A stretch of 64,000 bases of DNA from Tortispora ganteri. Taxonomy: Eukaryota. The stretch is from NCBI GenBank assembly GCA_003707115.1, contig PPNB01000004.1:372001-436000 (forward strand). Reading direction: 5' to 3'. The position numbers and the translations under genes were made by a program. Positions 10,290 to 21,538 of this stretch are shown one piece after another; the stretch's first letter is position 1; the number at the start of each line of letters is the position of its first letter. The notes under the pieces are model-generated. The model was given only the letters and a program-made list of their open reading frames with translations, was not told where the DNA came from and made no database searches.

Positions 10290-12569
10290 TTATTTTTTCA
10301 GGAGTGCATCTGAAGTACTTGAAGGTTCCATTACAACAGAAATCGCAGGCACAGGTTCCACAGGATTCACACTCGCGCCGTGTGCTGGTTCATGTGAATG
10401 CCCATATAGGGGAAATATTTCTGTTTGCATCTGAATTTGACTATTTAGAGGCATAAAATACTTGTCTTTGGCAAGGGTAGAGTCTAGGCCATCATATATC
10501 AGGAATTCATTTGACGCTTCAAAATAATCACGCGAACTTTCTTCTGGGTAAACCGAGTAGAGCTCGTGAATTAAAAAGTCACCAGTTTTATACTGTTTCA
10601 GTCTTGCATTCGATGCCATTATCAGCTTCGAATTAGGTCCTAAAAAGTCTTCTTTCACTTTGTCATCGTATTTGTTCATGCATTTGGTTTCGGCCTTGCT
10701 GCTATCATCGCTGCTTAGCATGGTCTTGAATATCTTGAGGTTATCGTCTCGAGGAACCGTCTTACGACGTGACGGGTGACGCGGCATCTTAAACATATCA
10801 AACGGGTATATTTTATCCCATGGAATTTCAAATGCTGGATACTTTCGTCCATCTTTATCTCGAACAGTAACCATAGCAGACCTTTCAGATATACTGCAGC
10901 TTTGTAAGCTGCCACACAGCCACGTATCCTCTGAAAAATGCACTTGCACAAGATCTGCAAGAACAAGCGCAGTAATCTGATTTTCAATCTCATCGGCTGT
11001 GCGCACAGAACTAGGTCTATGGAGCTTGCAATATAAGTTCATTTGAGTTTGTCCGTCTTTTGTTTCTTCCTTCATCAAGAGGGCACCAGCTTCAATCGCA
11101 CAGGTAGGGTGATATGCCCTGTTACATTTGGCATCACTGCATTGAAGGCAAGCCCCACACTGCTTTTCATGACATCCAAGACACTTTAGACTAAATCTTC
11201 CTTTGGGAATTTCTTGAAAGCCAGCCACGAATTCCTTGGAGTCTGCATCTTTGCATAAAGTTAATTCAGGAATCACTTGTGCACATCCACGATGCACACT
11301 TATCTTGGAGTTAACTGGAAGAGTTTCAAGTCGAATGTGGCTAGGGCACAATGCACAGGGGTTTGATATCTTTTTAGGCTTCGCAGTTTTAGTTTTCTTT
11401 TTGGGCCTTGCGGCTGTTACAAAATTGCTTCCCTCTTCAGAGTCAGGAGGTGTTGGTAGTGCACTGGCCCCGTCATCAGATGTATTTTCATTTTCATCTT
11501 CCGATTCGAGGCCATTGACGCGACGGTACAGTCTGGGAACATTGATTCCAACAGAATCCGAGATGCAGGTACATTTTTGAGAAACGAGACCTATATCTAA
11601 CCAGCTTTCAAGAGCAAAATTCACAGACTCTGCAACGTTGTAGCCGTAGTTGAACCCAGCATGATAGCCGTAAGGATACGTCAGCATAAACTCCCCAGCT
11701 CTATGGACAATTTTGTTGACTCGTATATTGTGACTTTCAATAATGGATGGCGACACTAAAAAAGTCTTATGACGCAGAAATTCACGACAGTGCTTATGCT
11801 CCTGAGGCCATATAGACTTCATCATATTGTAAAATTTCTTGTGGTCTGCTTGCGGAATAGAATACCATTGCTTTGGCGCACCAAAGTGTATATAATTGAT
11901 TGAGTAAAGATCCATATCTTCGAGATGCCAAGCAAAAGTACTTTTCCACATACCGCAATACAAATAGGCGGTATTCACACCTGGAAGGTCTTCATCCATT
12001 AAGTCCAATATATTGTCAAGGTGAGCAACGTTCCAAGACTTAACAGAATCATCAAACAGTGACCCAGGCATATCGGCACCATACAGAGGAACATTATACG
12101 TAAGACTTTTCCAGTATGTGCGTTCCAAGTCTTGGCAGTATTCATCCGTAAATTCTGAATCGTCAAATCTGTAGTCGAATTGTTCCGCAGAGTCGTGTTT
12201 GATTTGCTTTCTTTTCTCCCCGCGCTTTGCCGGCGGCTGATGGTCTAAGCTTTCACACGTTCGCCTCCACTGTTCCAATGTATAGTTGCGTGACTTCTCA
12301 ATATTTTGCTGGCGATACATTCCATTGGTGCCGTTAATATGTTGTTCGATAGGGCGATTAATATGAATAGAATCAATTCTGTCATCTAAGGGAGGCAACG
12401 ACTTTTTCCATTCTTCAGGAGGGATCACTTTAACTACTCCAGATTCCATTCCATACTTATCGATATTCTGTACGAAGTCATTAAAAGATTCAAATTGGGC
12501 CATTGTAGGCTGAAACACCGGGATGTTGCCTTCATAATGATGTGGTTCGATATTGTTGCGGATTGCCAT
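10290..12569 (-). CDS. RPH1: JmjN/JmjC histone demethylase, KDM4/Rph1 family, with a PHD-type zinc finger
   Basis: JmjN IPVFQPTMAQF; JmjC WHLEDMDLYSINY and GYHAGFN with the Fe ligands intact; Cys/His-rich PHD-like region. Confidence 0.85.
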   Translation of the reverse strand: MAIRNNIEPHHYEGNIPVFQPTMAQFESFNDFVQNIDKYGMESGVVKVIPPEEWKKSLPPLDDRIDSIHINRPIEQHINGTNGMYRQQNIEKSRNYTLEQWRRTCESLDHQPPAKRGEKRKQIKHDSAEQFDYRFDDSEFTDEYCQDLERTYWKSLTYNVPLYGADMPGSLFDDSVKSWNVAHLDNILDLMDEDLPGVNTAYLYCGMWKSTFAWHLEDMDLYSINYIHFGAPKQWYSIPQADHKKFYNMMKSIWPQEHKHCREFLRHKTFLVSPSIIESHNIRVNKIVHRAGEFMLTYPYGYHAGFNYGYNVAESVNFALESWLDIGLVSQKCTCISDSVGINVPRLYRRVNGLESEDENENTSDDGASALPTPPDSEEGSNFVTAARPKKKTKTAKPKKISNPCALCPSHIRLETLPVNSKISVHRGCAQVIPELTLCKDADSKEFVAGFQEIPKGRFSLKCLGCHEKQCGACLQCSDAKCNRAYHPTCAIEAGALLMKEETKDGQTQMNLYCKLHRPSSVRTADEIENQITALVLADLVQVHFSEDTWLCGSLQSCSISERSAMVTVRDKDGRKYPAFEIPWDKIYPFDMFKMPRHPSRRKTVPRDDNLKIFKTMLSSDDSSKAETKCMNKYDDKVKEDFLGPNSKLIMASNARLKQYKTGDFLIHELYSVYPEESSRDYFEASNEFLIYDGLDSTLAKDKYFMPLNSQIQMQTEIFPLYGHSHEPAHGASVNPVEPVPAISVVMEPSSTSDALLKK

Positions 12570-13081
12570 TATACTGTCAATCCTGGTGCACTGAATAGCA
12601 CTCTCACAGCTAAATCAGCAAATTTCAATCAACGTTCGCTAATAATATTAAATCGCTAGAATTGGCAAGTATCAATGTCGAGGAAACTTTGCTTATTACA
12701 ACTTGTCTTCAAAGGCAGTCTTATGTCAACGATTTCTGAAAATAATAGCCTCTAACTAGATCCGTGAACGTCCAAGAGTTCTAAGACGCAGTCAAACAAC
12801 GCTCAAATAAGCCAGAGGTTTGCGCTCAGTTGGTTCGAAAATGGCCAATGCTATATAGGCGTCAAATCAGGTGAGAAGACTAAAAGACCCCAAACCCGCT
12901 TAGCTGCTTTTTACCCCTAGATCGCCCCTACTGGATACCAGATGTAGTGTATTAAATCAGGGTAAAGGGTTTGATTATTGCTTTTGGTTTTTATTGAAAA
13001 TACTATATACGTATTCATCGACACGCGCTAATTACATTTACGAATACACGTTAATCCAATAATGTTGTATAGATTATACTT

Positions 13082-14734
13082 CTACTCCTTTAATGATTTG
13101 TTACCAGAGATCCAGCGATTCAACATGGCCAATGAGGCTTCAGGCTGGTTGAATGGAACCATATGACCGGCTTCATATATTCGAAGGAAAGTGAAAAGAT
13201 CAAAACTCTTGACTTTACCGGCGGCTTCTCCACTAACTTCAAAGTCCTTAACTGCAGCTTTCTTGAAGCCAGCTTGTCCGAACCATTCAAGTTGGTTAGT
13301 CCAGGCCTCATTTCCGAGCCAGTTGCAGATGAAGTCCTTATCACCAGCATAGATCAGAACTGGGGTACCGGTGTGCAATACATTGGTAACGTTGTCTTGG
13401 AAGGGTTCCATCCAATCACCAGCCATAAGGAAGTCACGGTTAATGTTCATGTTGCAACCTTCATAGCTGGACACTTCAGCACCTATCGCCTCAAGCACTT
13501 CAGGTTGATTGAGGTATTTCTCGACGTATTTGGTTTGCGGGTAACACAGGGCCTCTTGGTCAGTGCATTTCTCACGCACGTCGTAAATATTAAGTCCTGT
13601 CTTCTGGAATGGACCTAACTGGGCGTTGTTGCAGTAAACTGCTGCTGGGAAACAGGTCCAGGTACTGCGGAATTGATGACAAGTCTTGATGAGATTCATG
13701 CATGTAGGAAGTGAGCTTTGCATGCTTTCACACTCACTGTCTTCCAAAAGGACAGGAACACCAGATACCTTTTTACCGCCACATGCCATGGGTTGATAGT
13801 ATTGATACTGGACATCAGCATTCGTCAAACCATTACCAATAAGGACGGAATCCAGGTTGAAATTGCGCTTAGGATGGTTAAGAATTTCATTTGCAAAATC
13901 GGGAATGTAATGTCCTGCATATGATTCACCGGCAATGTGGAACGGCAAACTAGAATACTCACTGAATTGTTTGAAAAACAAGCTTAAGAATGCGTACACA
14001 TCTTTACCAGCGGCGCGAGTATTAGAGACAGTATTGGAAGAATAAGAAAACCCAACATTGACGGGCTGGTCAAGGAATATAACAGAAGCATTGCTATTCC
14101 AAGAGTACTTATTGGGCACAATATTCAAATCTTCATCAACTGAGGCGGGTCCTAGTTCGAAGAACATACCTGTGAGGGAAGAGCAGCCAGGTCCTCCATT
14201 GAGCCAAAGAACTACAGGGTCGTTCTTGGGATCATTTCGAGATTCGAAAAACCAAAAAAACAAATGCTTATCTTCCTCTTCGATATCGATGTAACCGGAA
14301 TACTGTTTAACTTCAGGATCAATGCCTAAACCGTTGGGTTTCTTCGCACGAATGCGATAACCGGGATGGTCTTCGGATTCGACCACAATGGGAAATTGGC
14401 GCTTGGTGGCAGATTTAGGAGGTGCCTGAGCCATTGATTTCAGTTTCTGTTCAACTCCAGGGACTGATTCGATAGCCTCCTTCCACATGGAAGTCACACT
14501 TTCAGCCACAGTCTCAGCAGTGTTAAGGAACATAGCATCCTCAGGTTTAGGGATGGCAGCTTTAATGAGCGAACCAATAATCTCATCATGATCGCCACTA
14601 TTAATTACCTCTTGGGGGCTGAACATATTCTTCAAAATGTTAGGTTTAGGCAAATCTTCGAAGAATCCTTTGCCTAATGAGATGGCGGAAACCTGACTAG
14701 CAGCCAGGACGCCACACACAATTCCAGCTTTCAT
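13082..14734 (-). CDS. PRC1: Vacuolar carboxypeptidase Y (S10)
   Basis: Signal peptide, propeptide, [30 protein letters not shown]. Confidence 0.95.
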   Translation of the reverse strand: MKAGIVCGVLAASQVSAISLGKGFFEDLPKPNILKNMFSPQEVINSGDHDEIIGSLIKAAIPKPEDAMFLNTAETVAESVTSMWKEAIESVPGVEQKLKSMAQAPPKSATKRQFPIVVESEDHPGYRIRAKKPNGLGIDPEVKQYSGYIDIEEEDKHLFFWFFESRNDPKNDPVVLWLNGGPGCSSLTGMFFELGPASVDEDLNIVPNKYSWNSNASVIFLDQPVNVGFSYSSNTVSNTRAAGKDVYAFLSLFFKQFSEYSSLPFHIAGESYAGHYIPDFANEILNHPKRNFNLDSVLIGNGLTNADVQYQYYQPMACGGKKVSGVPVLLEDSECESMQSSLPTCMNLIKTCHQFRSTWTCFPAAVYCNNAQLGPFQKTGLNIYDVREKCTDQEALCYPQTKYVEKYLNQPEVLEAIGAEVSSYEGCNMNINRDFLMAGDWMEPFQDNVTNVLHTGTPVLIYAGDKDFICNWLGNEAWTNQLEWFGQAGFKKAAVKDFEVSGEAAGKVKSFDLFTFLRIYEAGHMVPFNQPEASLAMLNRWISGNKSLKE

Positions 14735-15191
14735 TGTAGATCAAAAGTCCAAAAGAGGAGAAGTAAAAAGAAAAATTACTAAATGTAAATGAAAAAATCG
14801 TCTAAAACAGCTAATTTATATCGACTTATAAGTCAATTGAAGTGCACTTTTAAATCACAATTTACAATCGTTGGGGTGTGTAAGGTCCTTAGATAGCTTA
14901 AGGGGCTAAGTATAATATCGAAGGGTAAATGAATGACCTCGCCATTTGGGCACAATTGCCATAGTAACTGTGCCATTTCCGGATGTAATTGAACTTTAAT
15001 TCAATTTAGGTTTTCTGGTGTATTGCCGACCCGAAAGGGTACAAGCCTAAAAACGTTCTTATTGCTGAAGGAATAATAGATAGTAGGATAGTCAGAGGGA
15101 AAAAAGAGATAGTATAATGTAATTTCTTTTCGGCTCGAACCAGAATATAATGTGTGATACATAAACAATGATATCTCATAAATCATAGGTG

Positions 15192-17639
15192 CTATAGGTG
15201 CTTGGGTATTGAGACATAGATCTGTTTGATGGCTCTTTCCGACGATTCAATGCAATCTTGAGAAGACTTAATTTTGCCATTCAAGTAATTAACTCGAGCG
15301 CCAATTTCTCTAGCCCCGGTGTTGGCTACTTTCCCGAGGAGGCTGAGTTCATCTTCATATTTCGCGATGTTAGCTGTTTCCGCTTTAATGATAGCGCGCA
15401 GACTATCAGTTTCCATTCGACTCGAGACCCGGTCATCATTTACAATTCGTTTGAAAGCCTCATGATAAAGAGGTTTTCCAGGTCGAATAAGCACTGGAGA
15501 TCCATTCTCTACCTCAATACTGATCATGCGAGCATGAGCCAGACCAAACAACGCCCTATCACCATCTGCGCCTTTGAAAAATCGCGTAAGTAATAACTCT
15601 GGATAACATACGGTATCATGAACTGCAAGATATTTCACCAAAGTCCATACCTGTTCTGTATTCCAAGACACCTTATCTGTACTGCTGCTTGAATTGACCG
15701 ACTGACCGAAAAACAGGTACATTTTCAATACTTCCATTACTGCTTGAGTAGCCATTTCAGAAACAGCTGACTCAATATCTTCTCCACGAGTCATACGCCT
15801 AACAAGTTTCTGCAAATCTGTCACTCGTCCCCCAACCATTTCTAAGGCTTTGTCCGCACGTGCCACATCTATTTTGGTTCGATAAGACTCTGGAAGTAGA
15901 TCAAACAAATATTGCCTAGCTGAAGCTAGATCAGCATCACCAATAGCTACTGACTTGAGCATGCGGTCTGGTAAACATGGAGAGAGTACTTCTTCGTATC
16001 TTACATCGGAAGTAACAATGATGACGTGAGCACAGTTAGATATAGCCAAGGCTGAAGCAAATTCAGCAAGACTGTCATATAACATGGCGTTGCTCTTATC
16101 AGCGCTCTTGTGCAGAAAATTTTCGATAACAACGACAGGAAGCTCTTCCGGATTATTCTCTAAGTATTTTAGTTCAGATAGTCCTTCAGAGGGCTCGTAG
16201 TGTTTCAAAGCAACCGATTTTAGTACTCGAGCCGTTGTGTTCAGCATTGATATAGTGTAGTCCTGCACTGATTCAGCTAATCCCGTCTTCTGGCCAATAA
16301 GACTTTGAGCCGCTAAGTCGAAAAAACGAGCTATGCTATTCCACCATGGGAAAACGGGAAAGTAGCCAAGTTGAGATGACAGGGCATACAAAAATGCGGA
16401 ATTGTTGCGAGTATCTGCTAGCTTAGAACAGTTGATCCTTAAAACGTGCGGACGATCTTTTAAGACCATCTCATTCACCATGTAACTTTTGCCACTGCCC
16501 GATGGCCCGGCCACAACTATAAGCGAGTCTGCGCCATCTTCCATCCACTGATTTATTTGCTGAACTGCTTGTTTTCGGTCATCCCATTCTGACGCCCATG
16601 CTCTGGTCGTACTATCCGATGTGCTGCTCAGATGCGTTATGTCAAGAATAGAAGTATACAGTTGAGAAGTCCATTGAAACATTGGACTGAACCAAGAAGA
16701 GCGTAGTAATGTACTCATTGAATGGGAAATTTTTTGGCATACAAAAAATTCACGAATAGGTTCAAATATTGACACCGTGAGTGCGGCTAAGAGTGCAATG
16801 ATGATAGGAAAAGAGATACGGGGGTGATTAACAATAGAGTCGCGTATAATATTAGCGCTGTAACTCTTTTCAAACAATAGATTCACTCGGAAAGACTTAT
16901 CAGGATCATTGCGAATCTTTAAGCCATGTACGCAGTTTCGAGCAACAGCGGCACTGCGCAGTCTATCGAATGTAACTTTAGCCATATTTGGCGATTCTTT
17001 GGATGGAGGGGTTATATCACGAACATGACCATATCGTCGGAATAAAGCATATATGTCCTCTTCCGAAAGATAAGGTAAGTCCCCGGAGAATTTCATAAGA
17101 ATTGTTCTGGACGGAAGCCGTCGCATGTCTTCAACCCAGGGCGTTCCCATAACTTCAAAGCATCGTATCCGACCAAAGGGATTAAACCAAGGCCTAGTGT
17201 GCTCTTCGTCGAGCTGTTTAGTAACAGTTCTTGCTATTTCGCTTGTAGAAGTATTAACAGGATCTGTTAAGGCGAACTTAATGTACGCCCCGCCTTCGTT
17301 GAAGCGAGGATACACGGCGACGATCTTAACCGGCGAGTGACCATCCTTCAATTGTGTGTGCTTCTCAGCATAGAGGCTCAAGTATTTTTGAGAGGGAGAA
17401 GATAGAAAATCAAAAAGTTTCCCAAACGGGCCCAGTATTTTATAAGGAGGTACGACGTTATCGAGATAAATGAGCCCTTCATCCGGTCCTGTAGAGATCC
17501 TCCCAGAGTCAATAACCTTTTGCGAGACTGAATCAGACACGAGATCATCGCGCGATAATATAGTATAACTGCGTCTCAGCGAGTTGTAACGTGGAGTGAC
17601 ACGATATTTGTTAAAATTGCGCGAAAATGACCTTATCAT
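15192..17639 (-). CDS. YME2: Mitochondrial escape protein 2
   Basis: Mitochondrial presequence, RRM, transmembrane segment HPRISFPIIIALLAAL, P-loop GPSGSGKS and a C-terminal coiled coil. Confidence 0.92.
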   Translation of the reverse strand: MIRSFSRNFNKYRVTPRYNSLRRSYTILSRDDLVSDSVSQKVIDSGRISTGPDEGLIYLDNVVPPYKILGPFGKLFDFLSSPSQKYLSLYAEKHTQLKDGHSPVKIVAVYPRFNEGGAYIKFALTDPVNTSTSEIARTVTKQLDEEHTRPWFNPFGRIRCFEVMGTPWVEDMRRLPSRTILMKFSGDLPYLSEEDIYALFRRYGHVRDITPPSKESPNMAKVTFDRLRSAAVARNCVHGLKIRNDPDKSFRVNLLFEKSYSANIIRDSIVNHPRISFPIIIALLAALTVSIFEPIREFFVCQKISHSMSTLLRSSWFSPMFQWTSQLYTSILDITHLSSTSDSTTRAWASEWDDRKQAVQQINQWMEDGADSLIVVAGPSGSGKSYMVNEMVLKDRPHVLRINCSKLADTRNNSAFLYALSSQLGYFPVFPWWNSIARFFDLAAQSLIGQKTGLAESVQDYTISMLNTTARVLKSVALKHYEPSEGLSELKYLENNPEELPVVVIENFLHKSADKSNAMLYDSLAEFASALAISNCAHVIIVTSDVRYEEVLSPCLPDRMLKSVAIGDADLASARQYLFDLLPESYRTKIDVARADKALEMVGGRVTDLQKLVRRMTRGEDIESAVSEMATQAVMEVLKMYLFFGQSVNSSSSTDKVSWNTEQVWTLVKYLAVHDTVCYPELLLTRFFKGADGDRALFGLAHARMISIEVENGSPVLIRPGKPLYHEAFKRIVNDDRVSSRMETDSLRAIIKAETANIAKYEDELSLLGKVANTGAREIGARVNYLNGKIKSSQDCIESSERAIKQIYVSIPKHL

Positions 17640-17782
17640 TAGAGTAAAGCCAGGCTATGATGAGCGGAAGGAAGCTGAGGCGCGAGATGGTAAATTGGGA
17701 GGAGGTGAGAGGATCCCGATCCCTCCCAGGTTGGAGGAAAGAGCATGAGATGATGTCACACTAAGACGAAAAGGCCAGATAA

Positions 17783-18592
17783 TCAGCTGCTGACGTCCAT
17801 ATCGTCTTCCTGCGACGCAGAAGAATCTCCGATAGATGAAGTTTCAAACGCAATTTGAGAGCGAGCACGAAACAAGCTATTAGCAAAACCAGAATGACGA
17901 TGATGTCGATGGGGAGGTGGTGCCGAAGGCAACGCAGGATGTATAGGAGTAGTAGGAAGAGCTTGGATCGTTGTAGTCGGAGTACTGAGTGAAGGAAACG
18001 CAGGAACAGAAGCAGATGTGACATAGGGAGATAAATTAGTTTGATCCGCAGGGTCATTAGATGTGACTTCATAGTCGTCAATTTCGCGAGGAGAATCGAT
18101 ATCGTAGTCGTCAATGTTATCAAGGTATCCAGCAGCGTCAGCGTCGGGTATATCAGCATCGAGATCTACACCCATGTCACCATCTTCCAGATAGTTATTT
18201 AAGTCAGTTTGAGAATTCTCTGGGCCTATCATTGGGAGGTCGTTGATGGACGGTGTCGGTTCTTCATCATCCTGATCGGTGATATCAGGAAGTCTTTGAT
18301 CTACAAGGCCCAGCTCATTATCGTCTCCAATGTCTTCCAGATCGGTAGCTCTGAGGTCCTCTTCGAGTTCATCAATCATCTTCATGGTTTTTCCTATACC
18401 TGGGGGCCTCAGGTACGAATAACCAGTCTGGACCACGCTTTGATTGTATGCGTCATATTGTCGTTCCAGCTCCTCCAGCGTGGCATAGGAAGCCTGAGCA
18501 ACACACATACCATTGACGCGCGAGATAACAAAATGAGTTCGAGGCCTCTCATAGAGGCGGCCAACAGGTTTCAGCAATGGAAAGCTTTGCAT
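17783..18592 (-). CDS. APC/C subunit Apc15/Mnd2-like protein
   Basis: First ATG at 18592. YLRPPGIGKTM motif followed by an acidic region containing DLDADIPDAD. Confidence 0.7.
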   Translation of the reverse strand: MQSFPLLKPVGRLYERPRTHFVISRVNGMCVAQASYATLEELERQYDAYNQSVVQTGYSYLRPPGIGKTMKMIDELEEDLRATDLEDIGDDNELGLVDQRLPDITDQDDEEPTPSINDLPMIGPENSQTDLNNYLEDGDMGVDLDADIPDADAAGYLDNIDDYDIDSPREIDDYEVTSNDPADQTNLSPYVTSASVPAFPSLSTPTTTIQALPTTPIHPALPSAPPPHRHHRHSGFANSLFRARSQIAFETSSIGDSSASQEDDMDVSS

Positions 18593-18751
18593 AATATCGT
18601 TGTTTATATTCGAGTGTGTAAAAAGCGTCAAAGCGAAGACCGTAAATCATTTGGGGTTAGGGTAATATTGACTGTCGGTCCTATAAGGAGATTGCATTTG
18701 CTGTACACCATACTACTAGAGGCAGCGTATTAGTCGCGTATCAGACTGAAA

Positions 18752-19390
18752 ATGTCGTTTAGTATCGTTAGAAGCGAGTTAAGGCAGAATGAGACGCGAA
18801 CGGACGAGTTGTTGGCGCAGTTAGCCACGAGACAGTCGGTGGATGACGCGCTCTGCCGGGAGGTCGACGAGATTCTCAATGAGAGCAGCGCCCAAATATC
18901 ACAGCTAGAACGATTAGCGGCATCTGAGGCTCAGACTTCAAGAGAGCACGTTGTACAAAGGCATAAAGAGATTATGGAGGAGCACCAACTGCAGCTGCGC
19001 AATCTGGTGGCAAAACTCACACAGGATCAGCAACGACGACAGCTTCTCTCGTCTGTGAAAGCTGAAGCTGAAGCATATCGCAGTGGATCAGGGTCAGGAG
19101 GTCATACAGAGGCTACAGAAGCAGAGTATATGCTGCACGAACGTGGTCGGATCGATAATTCTCTCAACATGACCGACCGAATACTGGCACAAGCATATGA
19201 AACGCGTGACGAGTTTGATAGACAAACCTCTGTATTGGCCAATGTCCAGCGCCGCGTCTTTCAATCTGCATCGCAAGTTCCTGGCATAAATGTGTTAATA
19301 TCTAAAATTAATACAAGAAGAAAACGAGATAGTTTAATACTGTCCGCTATTATGACAGTTTGCTTTTTAATGTTATGGTTTTTCGCATGA
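18752..19390 (+). CDS. GOS1: Golgi SNARE Gos1
   Basis: RHKEI, SNARE coil QAYETR...PGINVLISKINTRRKRDSLIL and a C-terminal transmembrane segment. Confidence 0.93.
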   Translation: MSFSIVRSELRQNETRTDELLAQLATRQSVDDALCREVDEILNESSAQISQLERLAASEAQTSREHVVQRHKEIMEEHQLQLRNLVAKLTQDQQRRQLLSSVKAEAEAYRSGSGSGGHTEATEAEYMLHERGRIDNSLNMTDRILAQAYETRDEFDRQTSVLANVQRRVFQSASQVPGINVLISKINTRRKRDSLILSAIMTVCFLMLWFFA

Positions 19391-19429
19391 TTATCAAAGA
19401 AGTTAGACCCATCTTCCTCGAAATTTTTA

Positions 19430-20200
19430 TCACGCCTCTTTGCGACGTTCTTTGTTTACCGACCGGACAGATTTCCACATGGCTTTTATTTCTTCAGGTT
19501 CAGGATCTCCGCATGCAGCCCACCTGATACGACATTTTTCATCAACGACATACACGTATCCTGCATATAATGTCTCCTGTCGCATCGCTAGACGTTGAGG
19601 CTTGGACAGCCCATTTTTAGGCACGATAATGTACGTCCTGTGACGCGATTTATCGATGGTCTTCTTCAATTTCCTCAAACCAAACCAGTATAGCAGGAAC
19701 GCCTTGGAACTGTGGTCTGGGATATTAATATCTACTATCTGGACATCTTCAGCATTCACTTCATTGCCTTTTAGATACATATCTACTTGCATCTGGCCTG
19801 AAAGAGAAGTATATACACGGACAATGGAGGTCTTTCCGGTTAACAGTTTGGTGCTGCCGATTATATTTGACGGATCTTCTAGGGTGTATCCTCTATAGTT
19901 AGGCATATACAGTGATTTTTCCGCCTTTAACGGCCAAGGCGGGGCGATCCACGTTTTGCCTTTATGTTCCCTGAATGCGTATGTTTCATGAAAACTGCTC
20001 TTTTTCAATTCGTCCATCATCTGCTGCCTGGCTTGCTTGCGTGCTATTGGGTTTAGTAACTCCTCTTTTACTTGCGAGAACACTGAGTTTTCACTCCATT
20101 CTTCAGACGCCCGGGGAACTTCACCGACACCAACCGGCCTGTATGGCTTTATATGTGATACTGTCGATTTGAGCCTTCTAGTGATCAATGATCTGTGCAT
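19430..20200 (-). CDS. ATP10: Mitochondrial ATP synthase assembly factor
   Basis: GKTWIAPP...KSLYMPNYRG and GYVYVVDEKCRIRWAACG. Confidence 0.9.
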   Translation of the reverse strand: MHRSLITRRLKSTVSHIKPYRPVGVGEVPRASEEWSENSVFSQVKEELLNPIARKQARQQMMDELKKSSFHETYAFREHKGKTWIAPPWPLKAEKSLYMPNYRGYTLEDPSNIIGSTKLLTGKTSIVRVYTSLSGQMQVDMYLKGNEVNAEDVQIVDINIPDHSSKAFLLYWFGLRKLKKTIDKSRHRTYIIVPKNGLSKPQRLAMRQETLYAGYVYVVDEKCRIRWAACGDPEPEEIKAMWKSVRSVNKERRKEA

Positions 20201-20416
20201 CGTGGTTTAGTGGTCTTAGAAGTCTCGGTTTGCAGATTTTGGATAGTTTGTGGTAATAGGTTCCAAGGGCCGGGTAACGTTTTCTCGAGAAGATGAAGGA
20301 GTAATGATCAAGGATGGGCTTCTGAAAGACGAGAACTAACCGCTAAAGAGACGTACAGGAGTCGAAAATAAATTAATCTGGTATGATAAAAGCATGCAAA
20401 AAAAAAAAGAAAATTG

Positions 20417-21436
20417 TCACAGTTGTGTGATAACCCAGTTATGTAGTTCTGAGTGCTGTGAAGGGGGTGGATCTGTAATCTTGGTGATCAGATAAGCTGC
20501 AGATGCCTGTGCAAAGCCGTATGCGAAAGCTCCAAAATAAGGCACACGCAATAACCAAAAGAAAGTTACTCCAAAGCCAAGTAGGATACCTTCACGTCTT
20601 GCATACCATTGCTTTCTTTCTTGGGTTGTGAAAGTGGTTCTAGGCAGTCTAGCGAAGTAGGGTTGTAAGAGCTGTCTGCTACAAGCACGAGCGCCGAAAA
20701 AAGAGGTGAGGAGAGCAGCGTTGAGTTGCCTGGATATAAGGAGGGTGCTTGCACCTAGTGCAAGTGCAGGATAAAGTCCTGCTATTTGATATATATTAGA
20801 GAATGTTATTGCTGGCATTACATAGCGGCCGATCAACGGCATCGAACTAGCCATGTAGACAGTCAGGGATAACAATATGCGTCGGACATGCCGGTAAGCG
20901 TATGTAGACACATGAGGCATGCGTAGACGTTTCTTTAGGTTGAAGTTAGGGGAAGGTACGATCAAATCTGGTGCTTTCCAGCCATTTGAAAGCTGTGGAT
21001 AGTACAGTTTCTGAAGGTCAGGGTGATTTGCTTTATTTTGTGCATCTATAGCATGCAAAGAGGACATAAATATTTCATCGAGAAGTTCTGGAGCCAAGAG
21101 CCTTATGAGGATGATGATGAGGCCCGGGAGATCGAGAATTGCGTTTTCAATGAAAACTAACAAGTCGAAGATCGAGCTTCTCCTTTGTGAGCCGACGAAT
21201 ACCCATGTTCCTATTGTTAGAAATAACCTGAATATATATATAGGTATAAGTACAAGACCATGTAAAAATAGACATATTGCAGCAATGCAGAGGGCAGCTT
21301 TGTAGAATTTTGAGTCAAGAAGGTCAGGGTTTAGTAGTGCCCTGTAGGCGCCAACGAAGGTAAGTTGAGCCCCTCTGATGACAGCCCATATGTTCATTCC
21401 GCTTCTAGGCCGTGAAAGGAACACTGGAGAAGGCAT
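20417..21436 (-). CDS. Fungal multi-pass membrane protein, UsgS-like (start at 21436 or 21397)
   Basis: AVIRGAQLTFVGAYRALLNP, REGILLGFG and QASAAYLITKITDPPP resemble UsgS-type proteins; several hydrophobic segments. Confidence 0.7.
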   Translation of the reverse strand: MPSPVFLSRPRSGMNIWAVIRGAQLTFVGAYRALLNPDLLDSKFYKAALCIAAICLFLHGLVLIPIYIFRLFLTIGTWVFVGSQRRSSIFDLLVFIENAILDLPGLIIILIRLLAPELLDEIFMSSLHAIDAQNKANHPDLQKLYYPQLSNGWKAPDLIVPSPNFNLKKRLRMPHVSTYAYRHVRRILLSLTVYMASSMPLIGRYVMPAITFSNIYQIAGLYPALALGASTLLISRQLNAALLTSFFGARACSRQLLQPYFARLPRTTFTTQERKQWYARREGILLGFGVTFFWLLRVPYFGAFAYGFAQASAAYLITKITDPPPSQHSELHNWVITQL

Positions 21437-21538
21437 TCTGTTCAATAGAAAAAGAGCCAGGTGTAAGTTTGGCTTATCAAGTTTGAGTTACAGTGTCTAT
21501 GGTAGGGGAGTCTGGGAAAGGTTTAGATTTCGACGACT

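Noticed and set aside
12825..12845. GGTTCGA T-loop-like motifs here and near 24978, considered as tRNA genes
   Set aside because: No A box, cloverleaf or acceptor stem around them.
17657..17793. ATGATGA...CTGA and an imperfect GGGAGG/CCTCCC hairpin upstream of YME2, considered as a C/D snoRNA
   Set aside because: Box spacing is unconvincing, with no terminal stem or recognisable rRNA guide. More simply explained as the YME2 promoter/leader.
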